Source: a virus
Length of the DNA stretch: 64,000 nucleotides
Virus record (IMG/VR): IMGVR_UViG_3300025534_000213
Span: 65,576-129,575 of that record
Strand: one strand, 5' to 3'
The position numbers were made by a program, and so were the translations under genes. Shown here in pieces: positions 63,578 to 64,000 of this stretch. The notes below the pieces were generated by a model that did no database searches, was not told where the DNA came from, and worked only from the letters and a program-made list of their open reading frames with translations. Each line of letters opens with the position of its first letter. Position 1 is the first letter of the stretch.

Positions 63578-63844
63578 TCAGGATTGTGTCTCGAAGCGGG
63601 TCTCGATCCAGACCCGCTGCTCGATGCGACCGATCCCGTCGTTGTAGGTGAAGATGACATGGTTGTCATCGCCTTTGGGCGTGTACTTCGGCGGGATGGT
63701 GACGCCGTGCTATTCCAGCTTCCAGTACACCCACGCCTCGACGCGCTCCATGCCCCGTTCGGCATAGCCCAGCTTCTCCTTCCACGCCCGCCGAGTCCAG
63801 TCGGCGTGGGTCTGGCGCGTGAGTGGGCTCATCCTGAGTTGCAT
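63578..63844 (-). pseudogene. Small gene interrupted by an in-frame TAG (63710-63712)
   Basis: MQLRMS...WVYWKLE*HGVTIPPKYTPKGDDNHVIFTYNDG...; RBS GAGGA upstream. Confidence 0.6.
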
Positions 63845-63853
63845 GAGGTCCTC

Positions 63854-64000
63854 TCAGACCTTTTCCTGCGTGCGAAGCTGTTCCAAGCGTTTCGACAATG
63901 CCGACATTCGCGCCGCGTCACGCTCAAGCGCCCGGATGTAGCCGGTGCCTGCGGAGTGGGGACGGCGCGAAATGCGCCGCCCGATCCGGGCGATCTCGCG
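63854..64000 (-). CDS. Partial hypothetical protein (5' end outside window)
   Basis: Open frame ending RTQEKV* just upstream of the next gene. Confidence 0.5.
   Translation of the reverse strand, partial: REIARIGRRISRRPHSAGTGYIRALERDAARMSALSKRLEQLRTQEKV

Noticed and set aside
1-64000. Genome-wide TAG reassignment (alternative genetic code)
   Set aside because: All long genes are intact in the standard code. TAG ends several genes just before promoters or hairpins (16316, 32391, 54496), and no CTA-anticodon tRNA is present in the window.
1-64000. Integrase, repressor, IS elements or rRNA
   Set aside because: No such motifs were seen; lysogeny genes elsewhere in the genome cannot be excluded.

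Overview
This 64-kb window is GC-rich (about 65% by eye) and comes from a large, apparently lytic, T4-like (jumbo-type) myophage. The host is probably alphaproteobacterial (inference). Core modules: recombination/replication genes (gp46/SbcC-like partial, ERF annealing protein, Holliday-junction resolvase, RNase H, clamp-loader subunit, UvrD-like helicase, a mini DnaE fragment); baseplate hub and tape-measure-like genes; the head operon (portal, prohead cores, protease, scaffold, major capsid); and two paralogous tail fibres with S74 chaperone domains. Accessory content: 8 tRNA or tRNA-like genes, tRNA/RNA maintenance enzymes (CCA-adding enzyme, HNH-RNA ligase, Pth2, GatB/YqeY mini-domain, NYN), NAD salvage (NadM-Nudix plus Nampt), a macrodomain, an ADP-ribosyltransferase-like protein, a kinase-like protein, an intact GGDEF diguanylate cyclase, PhoH, MazG-like, and three tandem HREDGPA-repeat paralogues. 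The most unusual signals: (i) a 189-nt tRNA-elbow-mimicking RNA at 37015-37203; (ii) an approximately 700-nt hairpin-dense non-coding tract at 43020-43722; (iii) a tRNA-like gene whose anticodon arm seems nested inside the D-arm (30977-31055); (iv) a dispersed family of 15 or more small proteins sharing an EW...DAxxFxLxW module; (v) a TTTCAGR motif just upstream of 13 start codons. All functional calls come from motif recognition by eye; no database searches or folding programs were run.
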